From NCBI GenBank assembly GCA_043800535.1, contig JAZDMV010000002.1, positions 11,378 through 75,377 of the forward strand: 64,000 nucleotides of DNA, given 5' to 3'. How positions within the stretch are numbered: the stretch's first letter is position 1; every line of letters starts with the position of its first letter. Under the pieces are notes generated by a model. The model did no database searches. It was given only the letters and a program-made list of their open reading frames with translations, and was not told the DNA's origin. The stretch is from a bacterium. GTDB lineage: Bacteria > Patescibacteriota > Minisyncoccia > Portnoybacterales > GWB1-42-6. Position numbers and translations under genes: made by a program. Below are positions 59,748 to 64,000 of the stretch, one piece after another.

Positions 59748-62024
59748 TCATTCCTTCGGTTTGCCTGTTATTTCGAACACCTGCTGCCAAGTTAAATAAG
59801 TTTCTTTGGCCACTGTCACAATTAATTTGCCCGTGCCGCCAAATGGCTTAAAATTGGCCGATCCTTTTTTGTTAGTGCCCAGCTTCTGGTTTGTTATTCC
59901 GCTTAACGCCACCTGCGCTCCTGGCAGAAATCCGCTGGTTTCAGCGTCCCTGACAACAACTTTAACGGTTTTTTTCTGTTTTCCAGTAATTGAAACCGTT
60001 ACGTCAAGCCTGTACGCTTCGATCGCTACCGCCAAAACAGCTGACCAATCAGACATAACTTGGTTATGAACAAAGCACCGCGCCCGGACTTTAATATCAT
60101 AGATACTCTCCATGCTCCATTTTTTTGAAGCCTTCAGTGCGCCAGCCGGCAGCCAACCCGAATCTGTACCGTCACCCCAATCAAAAAGATACTGCACGCC
60201 ATGGCCTAATGAACAGATGGAACCGGGGCTGTTGACAGAAAAAACATAATTCTTTCCGACATAACCGCTGGCCGGGCCAGCAATTGAAGCCGGAGAAGAA
60301 ACCGACTCGTTCCAGATATGCCAAACACGGCTTCTTGTCAGATGGCCGCCTTCCATTGAAGGATGGACGAACGGCGTTCTGTCTTTAACCTGCAATTCAA
60401 CTTTTCTGTCTGTGCCGCTGGCCACCGTAACAAAAAAAGAATCAGAGCTGACACCCGCTATTGGCACGCCGTCCACAATCCAGACAATTTCAAGCGGCAG
60501 ATTGCTGATCGGTTCCAATAAATGAACTTTAAAATCTATTGTCTGCGTTTGCGTTCCGGGAATAAAAATGTCTCCTGGCAACGGCTCTTCGCTTCCCGGT
60601 TCTATCAAGTCAATCCCGTTTTCCGGAATGCCGCCCCAGCCAGAAAAAAGCGTCAAAATAAGTTCCTGCCGGCATACGGGACAAAATCCTTGACCATCCC
60701 GCATCATGCAGTGGTTGTACGGCCTGAACATCTTTTCCTTAACATGCCCTGCCCCCTCAAATAGCCCGACTTTGTCATTAAACTTTTCTTCGGGCGGAGT
60801 CGGAATTGGCGTATCGGGCAAGATCCAATAATTCCATTTTATTTTTGCCCTATCTGTTTCTGACGTAATATTTGGCCCGCAATTTCCCAGCTCTTCGCTG
60901 CACATAAAGCAGTTTTCAGTACAGTCATAGTCATATTCGTCCCGTAGCGCGGACTCCCCGGGCCTGGAAAATGAATGACCAAACACATGGGTAGTATTGG
61001 TAATCATTGGTGGAGCAGTTGACGTAACAACCATCATGCCGCCACTAACGCCAATAATGTCGTCGTTAACAATAACGACAATGGCGTCCCAGTCGGGCAC
61101 AGCCGCAGCCGCCGCGAAAACCTTATCAAAGTCAACCACTAATTCGCGGTGTGCACTGCCGCCACTGCAATAACGTGCGTTAAAAGCGGTGTCAACAAAT
61201 GTCCCGGCTTTTTTGTCATATTGAGCCTGGGGGTCGCTACAACAGAAAAGATCATCCGCCTGACAGTCAGGCCGAAAAACTGGATGATCCGCTCCTGACT
61301 GGTTTGACGGGATAAAGAGGCCGCCTGCGTTCATTGCCTGCTTATATTCTTTAAACGGACTTATGGCCAAAAAGCCATAGATGAGCTTTCCGGCATCGGC
61401 AAAAAATTTATCTTTTTCGGTCGCCTGATAGCCTTCCGAAATTACCAAAAGATCAAGTCTGTTGTTAGGATTGCCGTTTGCCAGAATCGGCCTGACAGCT
61501 GTTTCCTGGGATTCAGCCAAAATCAGCTGATTTTGCGCCAATTCCTGCAGATCAAAAACATATTCCCGGCTGCTCTCTGCATTTTCTCCGCCTGCCACAA
61601 GACACAGCTTTGTTCCTTCTATCACCGGCAATCGCACTACAAAATGAATCAGCTCCTGTTCAGCCAGGTACCCAGCGATCCCGCCATTTGCCGCCTGGGA
61701 TTCTGCGTGCAGCACTTTGGGAATCTCAACTATTTTACTGTGAACGATCTGGCCTCCTGCGTCCTTAAGCTGCGCAAAAAATTGCTGTCTAAAACCGTCT
61801 GATGGTTTTAATTCGTTCTTTTCCGGAGATCTGATTCCGGCGCCCGGTGGCACCGCCATTTGCACAAAATAATGCTTGAGCGGCCTGATTGTTCCGTCAG
61901 CCATCTCAAAAACGATATAATGACTCAATTGCTTTTCGGCCTCTTTGCCGAAACTCTGAACATTTAAACCGAGAATCGCCAATAAAACAATACCCGCCAA
62001 AATCATCAATTTTGCCGTTTTCAT
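59748..62024 (-). CDS. Secreted M64 (IgA peptidase-like) family protein with PKD domain; HExxH reads HVFGH
   Basis: EGY...KF, HVFGHSF..LRDEY, PNIT, IKW..W, GLFEGA, RP...C.MR, FCPVC, FDWGDG. Confidence 0.8.
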   Translation of the reverse strand: MKTAKLMILAGIVLLAILGLNVQSFGKEAEKQLSHYIVFEMADGTIRPLKHYFVQMAVPPGAGIRSPEKNELKPSDGFRQQFFAQLKDAGGQIVHSKIVEIPKVLHAESQAANGGIAGYLAEQELIHFVVRLPVIEGTKLCLVAGGENAESSREYVFDLQELAQNQLILAESQETAVRPILANGNPNNRLDLLVISEGYQATEKDKFFADAGKLIYGFLAISPFKEYKQAMNAGGLFIPSNQSGADHPVFRPDCQADDLFCCSDPQAQYDKKAGTFVDTAFNARYCSGGSAHRELVVDFDKVFAAAAAVPDWDAIVVIVNDDIIGVSGGMMVVTSTAPPMITNTTHVFGHSFSRPGESALRDEYDYDCTENCFMCSEELGNCGPNITSETDRAKIKWNYWILPDTPIPTPPEEKFNDKVGLFEGAGHVKEKMFRPYNHCMMRDGQGFCPVCRQELILTLFSGWGGIPENGIDLIEPGSEEPLPGDIFIPGTQTQTIDFKVHLLEPISNLPLEIVWIVDGVPIAGVSSDSFFVTVASGTDRKVELQVKDRTPFVHPSMEGGHLTRSRVWHIWNESVSSPASIAGPASGYVGKNYVFSVNSPGSICSLGHGVQYLFDWGDGTDSGWLPAGALKASKKWSMESIYDIKVRARCFVHNQVMSDWSAVLAVAIEAYRLDVTVSITGKQKKTVKVVVRDAETSGFLPGAQVALSGITNQKLGTNKKGSANFKPFGGTGKLIVTVAKETYLTWQQVFEITGKPKE

Positions 62025-62383
62025 CTCTGTCTCTCCTTTCTGTCTTCTATATAAAAATGTTAAAGTGCCAGCTTTTTGCCCTAAAACGCCCTATCTGTGC
62101 CCTCCTCAAAATCTGATTAAGTTATATCACAAAAAGCCACTTTTAGCAATATCTTGTTATGGTTCAATAGTTTGATGCCGCCTCGAATAAAAAGTCCATT
62201 TTGGGCAGATATTTGGCTAACTTAAATTTTCTTTGCACGTCTGTATAGTCTCTCGAATGAATTAAAAAAGGCAAAGTCCATAATTTAAAACTGCTTCTTT
62301 AAGAAGTTTACTCTCGTTATATCACCACTTATTTTTTCCACCAAAAAACCCATCAACAGATGGGGTATAAGTAGTATTTTTCA

Positions 62384-63259
62384 GGGCATTCTTAACAAGT
62401 TGGAACAAGATACAGTGAATTCTTCAAGTATTCATGCGGATTTTCAAAGATTTCAGGGTGGTTAAAATATGCCTCAAATTCTGCCACCACATTTTCCAAC
62501 TTGGAACAGGTAACGTGATGGTATTTTCTTCTGATGAAGGTTCAAAGATTTCCGAAGATACCTTCTATCTCGGAAGTCAGCCCGAACTGCCACTTGGAAT
62601 GAATGTCTCTTTGGTGAGTGACCGGCCATGCGTTTTGGATGCCTGGGTAATAGCCGGCGCCGTCCGTGAACAGCCTTGAACCCGGCTCAACGTGCCTGAC
62701 GATGAACTGCGATACATTCTGTTTTTCAATATACTTTTTATGAACCACCCGCAGAGTTATTTTCTTAGTGATTGTGTCTTTGGCCGCGATGACTGCCTTG
62801 CTTCTAAAAAAGCCTCATCCATCTGAATTGTGTCCCTTAGCGGAGAAAGCCAGTCTGGATCAGGGATATTTAGCCTAAAATCTTCAAACCATTTTCTGAT
62901 TGTGACTTCGCTTAATTCTGTAATTTTAATTGATTGGGTAATCGGCAAGTGATTTAACCAACACCACAAAAGCGTGTAGAATTGCTGCCAGGGCAGCTTC
63001 ATGTTGGTCAGCCAGGTGTTGCTGGTTAAGGAAAAGGGCCGGCGGCAATTTTTACACAGGTACCGATTCTCTGATTTGTAGACTGCCCTTGATTTGCACC
63101 GCGGACAGTGCAGGTGAGTGCCGAATAATATCTTTCTGACTAGCTTTTTAATTTTTGCTTCTGATGAAATATCTTTTAATTTATACATAGGAACAGATTT
63201 TTTAAAGATTTTCATCTTTATTGTATCATTGAATCTGTTCCAACTTATTTAGTATACCC
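62384..63259 (-). mobile_element. IS1595-family insertion sequence
   Basis: Imperfect ~25-bp TIRs GGGCATTCTTAACAAGTTGGAACA / GGGTATACTAAATAAGTTGGAACA; near-duplicated AT-rich flanks (ATTTTTCA / TATTTTCA). Confidence 0.82.
62392..63215 (-). pseudogene. IS1595-family transposase pseudogene
   Basis: CPRC/CKNC Zn ribbon, DEAF, TDG and IEG.F motifs; frameshift at A6 (62806-62811); in-frame TGA at 62542-62544 followed by TFIRRKYHHV. Confidence 0.82.
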
Positions 63260-63369
63260 TATTTTCAAAGATTGACAGAACAATATTGGCAATGTATGAT
63301 AAAAAATCAAAGAAAATAGAAATTTTCTTTGAGGAAGCACATTAAAAATTTGAAAGGAGGTACCAAGCT

Positions 63370-63657
63370 ATGGAGAGGTCGGTAGAAGAGGTCAAGGCAC
63401 GGTGCTCAGCGATCCTTAATGATGGAAGAGTCGTTTCTTTAGTAAAGGCGAGCAGTAGTCCAACAGCCGCGTATGAGATGGTTTTTGTAGAAACAAGAGA
63501 CGTAGTAAAGGCAAAGGCAGGCAGATGGCTTGCGGTGTTGCGTCGGGATTATCCCGTCGAGTATCGCAATCTCGTTTTAACCAAATCTAGCCACGTCAGT
63601 AATGACAAGGCACAGACAGAAAAGGAGGATAGTTATGAACAGCAATCGGGAAATTGA
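63370..63657 (+). CDS. Hypothetical protein
   Basis: AAAGGAGG SD; TTGACA-N17-TATGAT promoter at ~63272-63300. Confidence 0.65.
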   Translation: MERSVEEVKARCSAILNDGRVVSLVKASSSPTAAYEMVFVETRDVVKAKAGRWLAVLRRDYPVEYRNLVLTKSSHVSNDKAQTEKEDSYEQQSGN

Positions 63658-64000
63658 GAAACTGAATCTAATCTGTCACGAAGTTCGTCGACGTATGTTT
63701 TCCACCATTTTTCTAGCAGGAATAGGGCATATTGGTGGATGTTCTTCTTCGGTAGAGCTAATGGTTTGTCTCTACTTCGGGGGAATTTTGAGATTTGATC
63801 CAAAAGATCCTCGTCATCCAAACAGGGATAGGGTGCTGGTCAGAGGCCATCTTTCCCCTTTGCGCTACAGTATTTTTTCCCTTCTCGGATGGATAGACCA
63901 AGAAGAACTCACCACTTATCTATCACTAGGGTCCAGACTTCAGGGGCATGAATCAATGGAGCATTTGCCTGGAGTAGATATTACTCCAAGTGGCATGTTA
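63635..64000 (+). CDS. Second transketolase (N-terminal part, runs off the window)
   Basis: Manual translation MNSNREIEK..GHIGGCSSSVE..DPKDPRHPNRDRVLVRGH..GSRLQGH..PGVD..SGML; AAGGAGG SD. Confidence 0.85.
   Translation, partial: MNSNREIEKLNLICHEVRRRMFSTIFLAGIGHIGGCSSSVELMVCLYFGGILRFDPKDPRHPNRDRVLVRGHLSPLRYSIFSLLGWIDQEELTTYLSLGSRLQGHESMEHLPGVDITPSGML

Noticed and set aside
62542-62544. TGA recoding (genetic code 25) suggested by the in-frame TGA in the transposase
   Set aside because: TGA ends intact genes here (dnaE, rnhB, DGR target), core genes have no internal TGA, and the transposase also carries a frameshift.

Overview
This is a core-genome window from a small-genome bacterium, most likely Patescibacteria/CPR (Parcubacteria-like). 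That placement is inferred from the many type IV pilins, housekeeping genes that mostly lack Shine-Dalgarno sites, rplK with no adjacent rplA, and a membrane-anchored Clp ATPase. Contents: a pentose-phosphate/sugar cluster, translation and replication genes (trmD, rpsP, rnc, nusB, rpmF, rnhB, dnaE, thrS, miaAB, gatCAB, rplK, nusG, secE, gyrB, pheST, ligA), three tRNAs, a minor-pilin cluster with two giant paralogous surface proteins, and a degraded IS1595-family element. The main highlight is a complete diversity-generating retroelement (DGR, 31069-33862). Its TR and VR differ at 16 of 120 positions, all at template adenines. Its avd and RT genes diverge and overlap head-to-head across one C9/G9 tract, and removing one base would put both ATG-led reading frames in frame at once (a candidate shared phase-variation switch). 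Other highlights: (i) two copies of a three-hairpin element filling exactly the gap from a TAA stop to the next ATG (secE-nusG, pheT-gyrB); (ii) several families of small palindromic elements inserted in frame in essential genes; (iii) a T-box leader separated from thrS by an antisense gene; (iv) giant surface proteins with an apparent internal second signal peptide. All calls were made by eye, with no database searches.
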